A stretch of DNA of 64,000 nt from Thermodesulfobacteriota bacterium. GTDB lineage: Bacteria > Desulfobacterota_D > UBA1144 > Nemesobacterales > Mycalebacteriaceae. The notes beneath the pieces were generated by a model. The model had not been told where the DNA came from, made no database searches, and was given only the letters and a program-made list of their open reading frames with translations. The stretch covers positions 64,001-128,000 of the forward strand of contig CBDAQI010000012.1 in the NCBI GenBank assembly GCA_965198945.1, written 5' to 3'. The stretch's first letter is position 1, and each line of letters begins with the position of its first letter. Below are positions 47,192-56,613 of the stretch, one piece after another. Both the position numbers and the translations under genes were made by a program.

Positions 47192-50191
47192 CTAAACACT
47201 TTCCATTCGTCCCGATGGAAGAAAGAAAATATATCTTTCAACCGGTTTTTTTCCGCTGATTTTTTCAACGGCCTCACAATAGGTCTGAATCTGCGCCGCG
47301 TATTTCCCCGTATCAAAGATGTCCGTGTATTTGTAGTCAACAATGACGGTTCTCTCTTCGGTTTCCATCAAAAGGTCTATTCTTCCGTTGACGAAACGCT
47401 TTGTGTTTTCAGAGGTTTTTTCAATTGTAAAATCATATTCTCTCCGGAGCCGTGAGGCGTTTCGTGCCATTTCGGCAAGGGGCGACCCAAGCGCATTTTC
47501 CGCGCTCCGTATTATTTTCCCCCTTATCCGTTTTTCACGGATAAATCTCTCCGCCGCCACAAAGTCCGCAAGTTCTTCAACTGATTCGGGAGAAAAATCC
47601 CACATCTCGAAAAATCTGTGCATAATCTCTCCTTCCTCCGTCTTTGTAATTGTACGGAACCCGTCTGCCATTGCGTCGTCTTCGGGGTTTTCATCCATTG
47701 TGTAAAGCGGAGAAAGACTCTTGAGGGTGGGCACTGCCGGGCCGCAACCGCCGCCGGTTCCAGATTCCCGCTTTTTTTTCAATGCGGGGCCGGGATGTCC
47801 GCCCGCCGCATCTTTGAAATCAGGCAGTTTCACAAGAGCGCTTTCAATGATTCCCGCAAGGCTTGAGCGGCGGGGCTTTTCGTGCCGCTGCGTGAACACG
47901 GCGTCCGCCGCTCTGGTCATTGTAACATACAGTATCCTCTTTTCTTCTTCACTCCGTCCCGACTCCTCAATTTGTTTCCATTTTCCGATTCCGCAACGAT
48001 CATGACATGCCATGACGCCGTGTTCGGGGCTGACGGTTATTTTCCCCCGCTCCCGCGCCTCCGAATAGTTTGTGTCCGCGATGAATACAACGGGGAATTC
48101 AAGGCCTTTTGCCCCGTGGCTTGTTATCAGAGTTACGGAATCTTTGTCTCCGTCCGTTCCGGAGTCTTCAAAAGGAAGAGGCTCCCGGTTGAAAAATTTC
48201 ACGGCGTCATGGAGCCCCGCTCCTTTTTCCGCGAGAGCCGCGGACATTTCCGTGAATTTTATAATGTTTCCACGAATTTGTTTTCCGTTCGGCAGCGCGA
48301 GCGCCGCCGCCGCGTAGCCGAGATTGAAAGCCGCGAAACGCGCGGTTTCAAGTGGCGAGGAAAAATTGACCCTCTCTCCGCTCTCAACAATGGAGAGCAA
48401 GTAACGCGCCGCCGCACAGTGCTCGCCTTTATCTTTTGACAAAAGTTTCAGAAAACCGCCGAAAGAAGACGCTTTTGTCTTCCGCTTTTCCGAGAAATAC
48501 CGCGCAAGGCCCGTGTCTGATATGCCGAAAAACGGCGATCTCAAAACTGCCGCCACGGCAGTTTCGTCAAGAGGATTTGCAATGAATCTCATCATTGAAA
48601 CCATGTCTCTGATTTCCGCAAGACCGGAAAATTCCGTCTCACCCGTCCTCTTGAACGGCAGTTTTGCGCGACGAAGAGCCCGCTCATAGATTTGAATATT
48701 TTTTGATCTTCTGAATATCAGCGCGATGTCGGAATATGAATAGCCGGTTTTCTCAGTCAGCTCTGATATTTTCTCCGCTATAAAAACCGCTTCGCTCAGT
48801 CTCGTTTCTTCGGAGTTTTTCCCTTCCGCCGCAAATGCCTGAAACGTTCCGCCGCTTTCCCTCACGGCTTCCATCCGTGTGTAATCATCAAAAACATTTT
48901 TGAAAACATTGTTGATAAAATCCGTCAGTCCGGAAGAGGTTCTGTAGTTTTTCCGGAGACGGAATTTTTCAAAATCCCGTGACTCAAGTATTTTGCGAAA
49001 AATTTTCGGCTCCGCGCCCCTGAAACTGTAGATTGACTGCATGGTGTCGCCGACAACCATAATTTTTGTTTTTTCTCCGCTGAGAAGGCTGATGATTTTA
49101 TTCTGGGTGGAGTCAGTGTCCTGAAACTCATCAACCATAATCAGCCCGAACCTTTTACGGTAGTTTGAAAGCGCCGGGTGATTTTTCCGCAGAATCTGAA
49201 GAGCGTTTGTAAGAAGGTCTCCGTATTCAACGGCCGAATTCCGGGCCTTTATCTCCTCGTAGCATTTCATCACTTCTTCGGCAACCGGAAGATAGAGTTC
49301 CGTCAGCCTTGAGTTCAGCAAATCCACCGCCCGCTCAGCGTGCGCCGCGATCGCCCGCGCGGCCTCTTTCTCTTCCGGGCTCGCCGTTTTCATTTCCCAT
49401 ATTTTTGTGATTTCCCCGATGGTGTTTTTCAACTCACGGCACACAAGCGCGGCGGAACCCCCGGTCTGCATTTTTTTTGCCTTTTCAAAACGTTTTCGCG
49501 CACTGTTTGAGCGGAAAACCGCGTCATTTTCCCCAAGCATTTTTTTTACACTTTCAGGCGCGGCCGGTTCCCGCGCGGGGCGGACGAACCCGGACAAGGC
49601 AAGAGGGCGCGGCAGATGCTTTTCCATGGAGCCGCGGACTATCAGCGCGATATTCTTCATAACCGCATCCAGATTGAACAGTTCGTTTTCCAGCAGCCCG
49701 TTAAGCGCTTCGGACTCAGGTCCTTTGCCCGCGCGAAGTTTCAGAACCGTCTCAAGAATTGCGGTATTCAAATACTCATCCGCTTCTCCGGCCCCCGCTA
49801 TTTCAAATCCCGCGGGAAAACCGGTGTCAAAAAGGTTTTCCCTGATTATTCTCGCCGCAAGGCCGTGGATTGTGCTCACCTGAGCCGTGGAAACTTCTCC
49901 GATGGTTTTTTGTGTCAGATTTCCGCGTTCGCCGAACTTTTTTATGTAGTCGCCGATGCTTTTTGCAATCCGCTCTCTGATCTCGGTCGCCGCGTTTTCA
50001 GTAAAGGTTATGGCGGCTATTGAATCCATTCCCGCTTTGCCCGATTCAAGTTCCGAGAGACAGCGGGCGACTATAAGGCGCGTTTTCCCCGACCCGGCTC
50101 CGGCGCAAACGGCGATGCGGCTCGCGTCCGACCTTATGATTTCGGCCTGCTCTTCATTCAGATTTAAGAGATGTTCTATTCTTTCAGTCAA
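47192..50191 (-). CDS. addA: AddA/RecB-like UvrD helicase with C-terminal PD-(D/E)XK nuclease
   Basis: AGAGSGKT, TIHG, VDEFQDTD, VGD..QSIYSFRGA, NYRT, HGAKGLEFPVV, LYVTMTRA, GRIDLL...IVDYK. Probable TTG start at 50191 overlapping the addB stop. Confidence 0.88.
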   Translation of the reverse strand: MTERIEHLLNLNEEQAEIIRSDASRIAVCAGAGSGKTRLIVARCLSELESGKAGMDSIAAITFTENAATEIRERIAKSIGDYIKKFGERGNLTQKTIGEVSTAQVSTIHGLAARIIRENLFDTGFPAGFEIAGAGEADEYLNTAILETVLKLRAGKGPESEALNGLLENELFNLDAVMKNIALIVRGSMEKHLPRPLALSGFVRPAREPAAPESVKKMLGENDAVFRSNSARKRFEKAKKMQTGGSAALVCRELKNTIGEITKIWEMKTASPEEKEAARAIAAHAERAVDLLNSRLTELYLPVAEEVMKCYEEIKARNSAVEYGDLLTNALQILRKNHPALSNYRKRFGLIMVDEFQDTDSTQNKIISLLSGEKTKIMVVGDTMQSIYSFRGAEPKIFRKILESRDFEKFRLRKNYRTSSGLTDFINNVFKNVFDDYTRMEAVRESGGTFQAFAAEGKNSEETRLSEAVFIAEKISELTEKTGYSYSDIALIFRRSKNIQIYERALRRAKLPFKRTGETEFSGLAEIRDMVSMMRFIANPLDETAVAAVLRSPFFGISDTGLARYFSEKRKTKASSFGGFLKLLSKDKGEHCAAARYLLSIVESGERVNFSSPLETARFAAFNLGYAAAALALPNGKQIRGNIIKFTEMSAALAEKGAGLHDAVKFFNREPLPFEDSGTDGDKDSVTLITSHGAKGLEFPVVFIADTNYSEARERGKITVSPEHGVMACHDRCGIGKWKQIEESGRSEEEKRILYVTMTRAADAVFTQRHEKPRRSSLAGIIESALVKLPDFKDAAGGHPGPALKKKRESGTGGGCGPAVPTLKSLSPLYTMDENPEDDAMADGFRTITKTEEGEIMHRFFEMWDFSPESVEELADFVAAERFIREKRIRGKIIRSAENALGSPLAEMARNASRLRREYDFTIEKTSENTKRFVNGRIDLLMETEERTVIVDYKYTDIFDTGKYAAQIQTYCEAVEKISGKKPVERYIFFLPSGRMESV

Positions 50192-53031
50192 TTCCTCGTC
50201 CTTGCGGCTCTGCGTAAGGTTCCGTTTTTTATTCTGCAAATGTCCGAATAGGAGCAGAAATCACACGGCCGTCCGGTTTTGCCGAGACTCATTTCAGATT
50301 TATATGGAAATCCTTCAGGTTTGCGAACCGGAACCGGTGAGAAAAAACCGTCTTTTATAAGATTGATATTGCTTTCGGCAAGCTCCGCCGCCCGGTCAAT
50401 CTCAATTCCCTTTTTATCGCCGCCAGTTCGCTCATTCATTTCCCAGGGGCGTTCCACTGAAATATAAGCCCCCGCAGACGGCGACATTCCGGTCTCCCGT
50501 GAAAACGCCGCCAGATAGAGCGGAATCTGCAGGCTTTTACGGTCACAGAAAGTTTCCGGCAGCGCACCCTTTTTGTAGTCAACCAGACGGATTCCGCCTT
50601 CCCCGTCCGTATCAATTCTGTCAATTCTTCCCCTGATTTCCGCATTTGCGATTACCAAACGTATCTCTCTTTCAAAAAACTCCGGTTTGAATTTTTTCTC
50701 CCTGATTCTCTTTTTTTCAAAGTCAATAAATCTTCCGAGTATCAGCCGCGCACGTTCTTTTTGAATCTCCCACACCCCGTCGGAAAATTTGCAGTAACGC
50801 TTTTTTGTTTCCTCACCATCAAGAAAATTCCGGAGAGCCGTGCCGGTTTTTCCACCGCTTGAAAAGACATGCCTGAGCGCTTCGTGGTAAAGGCTTCCGG
50901 TGTCACGAGCGGTCGGGATTTCCGTGTTTTCCTCTTTTTCTCTGATTCCGAGAACGTTTGAGCAGAAAAACATGAAAGGGCAGGTCCCGAATTTTTCAAT
51001 GTCCGTAACGCGCAGTTTTTCCCACCAATGATCCTCTGATTCATCAACCACTCCCTCAAAACGACCGAACACACCCTCGGTCTGAAGCCTTTCATTTTCG
51101 GCGGCGGTTCCCCGTTCGGCCGCCTCCGCGAGACTTGAAAACGGGTCGGTTTGTGCGAGCAGTTTTTTTGTTTCTTCGGAAATTTTCCGGTTGAGCGCGA
51201 AATCCCTCGCCCTGACGGCCTCTGTGGAATAGGGGTTTGGCGGAATCTCCGCTTGTTTTCTGTCCCATATTATGGAGCTTTCCGGGATTTCCTGAATGAA
51301 AAGAGAGCGGTTTTGAGAGCCCCTTCCCTTCCCGTTTTTTGAAAATGAGATATGCAGCCGCTCTTCCGCACACGCAACCGCGCCGCACCAGATAAGACGT
51401 TCGTCGCTCAGATATACCGCGTCTGTCGTAAGCGCGGGGGTTTTGCAAAAGCGGTTTATAAGTTCTTTTTCTTCGTTGTTGAAAATCGCGCTTTCCCGCG
51501 GCCGTCCCGGAAACGAACGTTCCGTGCAGCCGAGAATAAAAACCACCGGATACGAAGTTCCTCTTGACTGAAGAGCGCTCATGACCGGGACGCCTGAACC
51601 TGCGGAGGGTGTTTTGTATGAACAGCGGCGGTTTGCGAGAAGCTCTGAAACAAAATCCGAAAGCTCTTCGGATGAAGAGAATTCTTCATTCCATTTTTGT
51701 GACAGAAAAGACGCCTCTCTCAATAAATTCCTTGTTTCTTCAAGCGAGTTGTCCCGCCCCCGTGCTTTGTATGTTTCGGTTTTGTCAACAATTTCTGAAA
51801 GACTTCCAAATATTGCGGCCGCTTTTTTTGTTTCGCCGTCCGCAATTGAAATTTCTGAGAGCATATTTTTCAGTTCGGCAACCTTTTTCAGGCAGGCGGT
51901 GAAATTCCGGTTTTTGTGCAGAGGCCCGGTCATTGCGTCAAAAAGAGCGTCTTTTTCAAGCCGCACTCCGTTTTTAACAGCTTCGGTCTCCATTGCCGTC
52001 GCGACCTCAAGAATGTTTCCGGTGTTCCGGAAGAACGGTTTCAGCATGGGATTTCTGATAAGGCGTATAAAACCGTCTCCTTCCCGGTCGTGTGCGGCCG
52101 CAAACAAATCTTTCAGAAAAACCGATATGCCCGAAGCCGCTCCGAGCCTCATGCCGGACTGGATTGTCACCGGCACCCCGCCTCTCTCAAAAGCATTGGC
52201 GATTACGGGCGCAGACGAAGTCAGGTCACGGACAATTACGGCAAAGTCCGCCAGGCTTCTCCCTCCGTCAATCATACTTCTGATTTGTGAAGCGGCAAAG
52301 TCCGCCTCATTTGTCAGAAAATCAAACGAAGAAAGACAGACTGCGGGCGTTTTTGAAGAGTCTTGTTTTTTCTCCGGTTTGCCGGAACAAAGCCGCAGGA
52401 TTTTTATTCCCTTTCTCTCCGCCGCTTCCAGAACCCGGATATGTGAAGGCGTGAGTCTGTGGAAGCCCGCGGCGATAATTCTGCGGAATTTCCCGTTTAT
52501 GATATCCGCCTTTCCCCGTTCAACCGCTCCCGCAAGTTCAATAAGCGCGCTTGTGTCGTCCGTCATTGCGGATTCCCTCATCCGGTCTTCAAAATTTTTC
52601 AGCAAGGGCTCAAGCGCGGCTAGTTTTTCAATAATTTCCTCCGGCAGTTTGTCTCCGCTTTTTTTTATTATTTCCCCGGGGCTTGTTCCGCTCTGTTTGA
52701 AACCCGTGTTCAGTTCAAGCAGTTCCGCAACCGGGTGTCCGCCGTCTTTTCCGTTGAGAGCAACGTCTCCGGCGGTTTTGTGCATTAAAATTTCTCTTCC
52801 GGTTCGTGAAAGTATCAGTTTGCGCCCGGCCGTGCGGCAGTGCGTGTGCGACAGATCACCGAAGGTGGTGACAAACGGAGCTGAGTCCGAGCCGGCAAAA
52901 AGTCTTCGCGCCCGCCACACCGCGGGTGTGTCCGGCAGAACAAACAGGTCTTTTCCGGGCGCCGGTTCAACCTTGAATTTTTTAAGAATGCCGCTGTCTA
53001 AAAGCGGTCCCGCGAAGGAAACCGTTTCCAT
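50188..53031 (-). CDS. addB: AddB-like inactive helicase plus Fe-S PD-(D/E)XK nuclease
   Basis: CPFMFF, G.LYHEAL, RGRIDRID, VDYK, SLQIPLY, C-terminal CDFCSYSDIC iron-staple cysteines; precedes addA. Confidence 0.85.
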   Translation of the reverse strand: METVSFAGPLLDSGILKKFKVEPAPGKDLFVLPDTPAVWRARRLFAGSDSAPFVTTFGDLSHTHCRTAGRKLILSRTGREILMHKTAGDVALNGKDGGHPVAELLELNTGFKQSGTSPGEIIKKSGDKLPEEIIEKLAALEPLLKNFEDRMRESAMTDDTSALIELAGAVERGKADIINGKFRRIIAAGFHRLTPSHIRVLEAAERKGIKILRLCSGKPEKKQDSSKTPAVCLSSFDFLTNEADFAASQIRSMIDGGRSLADFAVIVRDLTSSAPVIANAFERGGVPVTIQSGMRLGAASGISVFLKDLFAAAHDREGDGFIRLIRNPMLKPFFRNTGNILEVATAMETEAVKNGVRLEKDALFDAMTGPLHKNRNFTACLKKVAELKNMLSEISIADGETKKAAAIFGSLSEIVDKTETYKARGRDNSLEETRNLLREASFLSQKWNEEFSSSEELSDFVSELLANRRCSYKTPSAGSGVPVMSALQSRGTSYPVVFILGCTERSFPGRPRESAIFNNEEKELINRFCKTPALTTDAVYLSDERLIWCGAVACAEERLHISFSKNGKGRGSQNRSLFIQEIPESSIIWDRKQAEIPPNPYSTEAVRARDFALNRKISEETKKLLAQTDPFSSLAEAAERGTAAENERLQTEGVFGRFEGVVDESEDHWWEKLRVTDIEKFGTCPFMFFCSNVLGIREKEENTEIPTARDTGSLYHEALRHVFSSGGKTGTALRNFLDGEETKKRYCKFSDGVWEIQKERARLILGRFIDFEKKRIREKKFKPEFFEREIRLVIANAEIRGRIDRIDTDGEGGIRLVDYKKGALPETFCDRKSLQIPLYLAAFSRETGMSPSAGAYISVERPWEMNERTGGDKKGIEIDRAAELAESNINLIKDGFFSPVPVRKPEGFPYKSEMSLGKTGRPCDFCSYSDICRIKNGTLRRAARTRN

Positions 53032-53094
53032 AAATGTTCCCTTTTAAGAGTATAAAACAAACCGCCGGATATTAAAACCGCCGGTTTCTTTTTG

Positions 53095-53171
53095 TGGCGT
53101 CCCCGGAGGGATTTGAACCCCCGACCCCGGGATTAGGAATCCCGTGCTCTATCCTGCTGAGCTACGGGGAC
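53095..53171 (-). tRNA. tRNA-Arg(CCT)
   Basis: Reverse complement GTCCCCGTAGCTCAGCAGGATAGAGCACGGGATTCCTAATCCCG...GGTTCAAATCC..CGGGGACGCCA. Confidence 0.95.
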
Positions 53172-53270
53172 GTTTGCGGGGCGTATTTTAACCGTCCGCT
53201 GATTTTCTTCAAAAAAGGAAACCGGAAAAATTAGTCTTGGCGCACTTGTTTTTTAACCTCTGTTCATATA

Positions 53271-53292
53271 TAAATTAGCCATGCCTAATTTA
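53271..53292. promoter_or_regulatory. DtxR/MntR-family operator palindrome
   Basis: TAAATTAG-CCATGC-CTAATTTA, perfect 8-bp arms, 10 nt upstream of the repressor ATG and overlapping a TATAAA -10-like box. Confidence 0.75.
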
Positions 53293-53302
53293 GCGGTGCC
53301 CC

Positions 53303-54004
53303 ATGTTTAATCAGACAACCCAGGACTATTTGAAGGCGATTTACAAGCTTGGAGAAAGTTCGGAGAGGGTTACCACCAAATCCATAGCCGAGAGACTGAA
53401 AGTTTCTCCCCCTTCCGTTACGGGAATGACGAGAAAGCTTGCCGCAAAAAAGCTGCTTGTTCACAAGCCGTATCACGGCGTCAAGCTGACAAAATCGGGA
53501 GAAAAAATCGCGCTTGAAATGATAAGGCACCACAGGCTGATAGAGCTTTACCTGAGAGAGGCGCTTGGAATTCCGTGGGACAAGGTTCATGAGGAGGCAG
53601 AAAAATGGGAGCATTTTATCTCCGAAGATGTGGAGAACAGAATGGATGAGAAGCTCGGATTTCCCAAACTTGACCCGCACGGGGCGCAGATACCCACGCG
53701 CGAAGGTGTTTTGCCGATAAACAGAAAGTGTGAAACCCTTGACACGCTTGAGACCGGAGACAAAGGGGTTGTTGCGGAAGTCAGTGATCATGATTCACAG
53801 TTGCTCCATTATTTCGCCGGTATAGAAATTTTTCCGGGCAACGGCATTGAGGTGGAAACCGTGGAGCCGTTTGACGGACCGATGACCGTAAACATCAAGG
53901 GGCGTAAAAGCGCCATAGGCAGGAACGTGGCGATGTATGTTTCCGTTACGGACATAGAGAGGGGCTCTTCGGAACAAAAAAGAATTTCAGGAGGAAAAAA
54001 ATGA
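53303..54004 (+). CDS. DtxR/MntR/TroR metal-dependent repressor with FeoA domain
   Basis: QDYLKAIY, VSPPSVT.M, RHHRLIELYL, VHEEAE.WEH, DPHG..IP, C-terminal FeoA/SH3. Confidence 0.93.
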   Translation: MFNQTTQDYLKAIYKLGESSERVTTKSIAERLKVSPPSVTGMTRKLAAKKLLVHKPYHGVKLTKSGEKIALEMIRHHRLIELYLREALGIPWDKVHEEAEKWEHFISEDVENRMDEKLGFPKLDPHGAQIPTREGVLPINRKCETLDTLETGDKGVVAEVSDHDSQLLHYFAGIEIFPGNGIEVETVEPFDGPMTVNIKGRKSAIGRNVAMYVSVTDIERGSSEQKRISGGKK

Positions 54005-54993
54005 GACGGTTTTTAATTTTTCTGGCGGTTATTCTCTTTTTTAACCCGGCTTTCTCTTCAGCCCACGAGGCTTCTTTCAGGCACTGGCACGTTCCAATCA
54101 ATGTTGTTTCTACAACCGGGATCATCAATGACATTGTAAAAAGTGTGGGGGGAGACAAAATTTCGGCCAAATCCCTTATGGGGCCCGGGGTTGACCCTCA
54201 TGTTTATAGGGCGACTGCGGGAGACATGGGAACGCTTGCCTCCGCAGACCTTATTTTCCATCACGGGCTTCATCTTGAGGGGAAAATTTCCGATGTGATA
54301 AGCGGTATGAAGTCAAGGGATATACAAACAGTCGCCGTCACGGACGATATTCCGAGACCCATGCTGATTCCGGTGGGCGGAGACGGCAATTATGACCCGC
54401 ATGTCTGGTTTGACCCGGCTCTGTGGACATATGCAGTCAGAGCCGTGGAACAGTCGCTTTCAGAGATTGACCCGGTCAATGCGGATTATTACCGCAAGAA
54501 CGCCCGCGCCTACATCGCTGAGCTCTCAGAACTTGATGAATATGCCAGAATAATGTCTTCGGGCATTCCCGAGGAAGGGAAATTTCTCGTAACTTCGCAT
54601 GACGCCTTTCTGTATTTCGGAAAGGCCTACGGTTTCAAAGTGCGGGCGCTCCAGGGTGTCAGCACGGTTTCGGAGGCTTCAATTTCTGATGTTGACCGTG
54701 TGGTGGAATTGATAGTGCGCAAAAAAATTCCCGCCATTTTTACCGAGTCTTCCGTTTCGCCGCGTTATATCAAATCGGTAAAAGAGGCTGTGGAGGCTTC
54801 CGGCGAGTCGGTCAGAATAGGCGGCGAACTTTATTCCGACGCTCTTGGAAGTGAGGAATCGGGGCATGGAAACTTTCCGGGAATGTTCAAACACAATGTT
54901 GAGGTGATTTTTTTGTCACTTTCCAACGGAGACGAACGGGAGCTTGCGACCGTTAATGAAAACGGCCCCGGCCCCGAACAATACCTCAGATGA
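54001..54993 (+). CDS. Mn/Zn/Fe ABC transporter substrate-binding protein (TroA-like)
   Basis: GPGVDPH.Y, GLHLEG, DPHVWFDP, TSHDAF.YFG, LYSDALG. Confidence 0.93.
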   Translation: MRRFLIFLAVILFFNPAFSSAHEASFRHWHVPINVVSTTGIINDIVKSVGGDKISAKSLMGPGVDPHVYRATAGDMGTLASADLIFHHGLHLEGKISDVISGMKSRDIQTVAVTDDIPRPMLIPVGGDGNYDPHVWFDPALWTYAVRAVEQSLSEIDPVNADYYRKNARAYIAELSELDEYARIMSSGIPEEGKFLVTSHDAFLYFGKAYGFKVRALQGVSTVSEASISDVDRVVELIVRKKIPAIFTESSVSPRYIKSVKEAVEASGESVRIGGELYSDALGSEESGHGNFPGMFKHNVEVIFLSLSNGDERELATVNENGPGPEQYLR

Positions 54994-55742
54994 AGGCGGC
55001 TTTGAAAATGGGAAATCCTCTTGATATTTATGGACTGACTGTTTCTTATTCCGGAGAAGTGGCTCTCTGGAATGCGTCGCTTTCATTTGACAGGGGCGCT
55101 CTGGCGGCGGTGGTGGGCCCGAACGGGGCCGGGAAAACGACTCTTATAAAAGCGGTTCAAAACCTCGTGCCTAAATTTTCCGGAAAAGTTCTGATATTCG
55201 GACGCAGTTACGAAAGCATAAAAGAATCGGTCGCATATGTGCCGCAGCGCGGCAATGTTGACTGGAACTTTCCCGCGAGTGTGGCCGATGTGGTGCAAAT
55301 GGGAACTTATTCGTCTCTCGGATGGATAAGGAGGCCGGGAGCGCGTGAAAGACGCAAAACTTTTGATGCGCTGGAGAGAACAGGCATCGCGGAATTTGCC
55401 GACCGCCAGATAGGCGAACTTTCCGGCGGGCAGCAGCAGAGGGTCTTTATAGCCCGCGCCCTTGCCCAGGAAGCCGATTTATATCTGATGGATGAGCCAT
55501 TTCAGGGGGTTGACAAGATTACCGAGGCGGCGATAGCGGGTGTTATGCGCGAGATGAAAGGCGAGGGGAAAACCATTGTGGTGGTTCATCATGATCTTCA
55601 GACCGTGCCTGAGTATTTTGACCGGGTAACTCTTTTGAACGGGGAGGTTGTGGCGAGCGGAATGGTGGAAGAGGTTTTTACCGATGAGAACATCAGCCGC
55701 ACATATGGCCGCCCGCCCGCATTTTGCGAAAGCCGCATTTGA
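54990..55742 (+). CDS. Metal ABC transporter ATPase (TroB-like)
   Basis: GPNGAGKT, YVPQR, LSGGQQQRVFIARALAQ, DEPF, VHHDL. Confidence 0.94.
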   Translation: MKAALKMGNPLDIYGLTVSYSGEVALWNASLSFDRGALAAVVGPNGAGKTTLIKAVQNLVPKFSGKVLIFGRSYESIKESVAYVPQRGNVDWNFPASVADVVQMGTYSSLGWIRRPGARERRKTFDALERTGIAEFADRQIGELSGGQQQRVFIARALAQEADLYLMDEPFQGVDKITEAAIAGVMREMKGEGKTIVVVHHDLQTVPEYFDRVTLLNGEVVASGMVEEVFTDENISRTYGRPPAFCESRI

Positions 55743-55749
55743 GAAATAG

Positions 55750-56610
55750 ATGTGGATTCCCGCCGAACTGTTCCCTAATTATACGGTTGCCGTTGTTGTT
55801 CTGGGTTCCGCGCTTCTCGGTCTGACTGCGGGCGCCTGCGGAACGGTTGTTTTCCTCAGAAAGGAAAGTCTCCTTGCGGACACCGTTTCCCACGGCTGCC
55901 TTCCGGGGATAGCGCTCGGGTTTCTGGCGGCCGGAGGCAGGTCTCATGAAGCGCTTTTGCTCGGAGCTTTTGCAACCGCTTTTATTACTTTGGGATTTAT
56001 ACGCCTCGCGCGTTCGGTTCCGACAATCAAGACTGACAGCGCTCTTGCCATGGGCGTGTCAATCTCTTTCGGTGCCGGCATTGTTCTGCTTACGGTAATA
56101 CAGTCGGGCGGCGCTTCGGGACAGGCCGGTCTGGACAGGTTTCTGTTCGGTCAGGCGAGCGCAATGTCTTTGAGCGATGTAAAGACTATTTTTTTCGTCG
56201 GAACGGTTTGCGCGTCTTTTCTCGCGGTTTTCTGGAAGCAGGTCAAGATGGTCTGTTTTGACGGCGAGTATGCCCGAAGCGCGGGTTTCAGAACGCGCGC
56301 GGCGGGTTTTCTAATCAATGCGGTTCTGGTTGCGATAACCGTTGTGGGAATTGAAACGGTCGGCGTCGTGCTTATGTGCTCAATCCTGGTCGCTCCGGCA
56401 ATTGCGGCAAGGCATTTGACCGGCAAAATGGGGATGATGGTTGCCGTCGCGGCATTTATCGGTGCGGTGTCGGGAGCCGTGGGTTCGGTTGCAAGCTGGA
56501 AAATCATAAATCTTCCCACGGGCCCCGCCATTGTTGTCTGTGTTACGGTTGCCGCGCTTGTCTCCGTTTTGTTTTCTCCACGCAGCGGGATTTCCGGAGG
56601 AAGTCGTTAG
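55750..56610 (+). CDS. Metal ABC transporter permease (TroC-like)
   Basis: LRKESLLADTVSHGCLPG, FLFGQ, LPTGP. Confidence 0.92.
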   Translation: MWIPAELFPNYTVAVVVLGSALLGLTAGACGTVVFLRKESLLADTVSHGCLPGIALGFLAAGGRSHEALLLGAFATAFITLGFIRLARSVPTIKTDSALAMGVSISFGAGIVLLTVIQSGGASGQAGLDRFLFGQASAMSLSDVKTIFFVGTVCASFLAVFWKQVKMVCFDGEYARSAGFRTRAAGFLINAVLVAITVVGIETVGVVLMCSILVAPAIAARHLTGKMGMMVAVAAFIGAVSGAVGSVASWKIINLPTGPAIVVCVTVAALVSVLFSPRSGISGGSR

Positions 56611-56613
56611 AAT

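Noticed and set aside
51581..53047. 488-aa plus-strand ORF
   Set aside because: Antisense shadow of addB; Ser/Phe-rich with no recognisable motifs.
53040..53171. tRNA-Arg (also tRNA-Lys/Glu) as an island integration site
   Set aside because: No integrase or duplicated tRNA 3' end seen; flanking genes are housekeeping.
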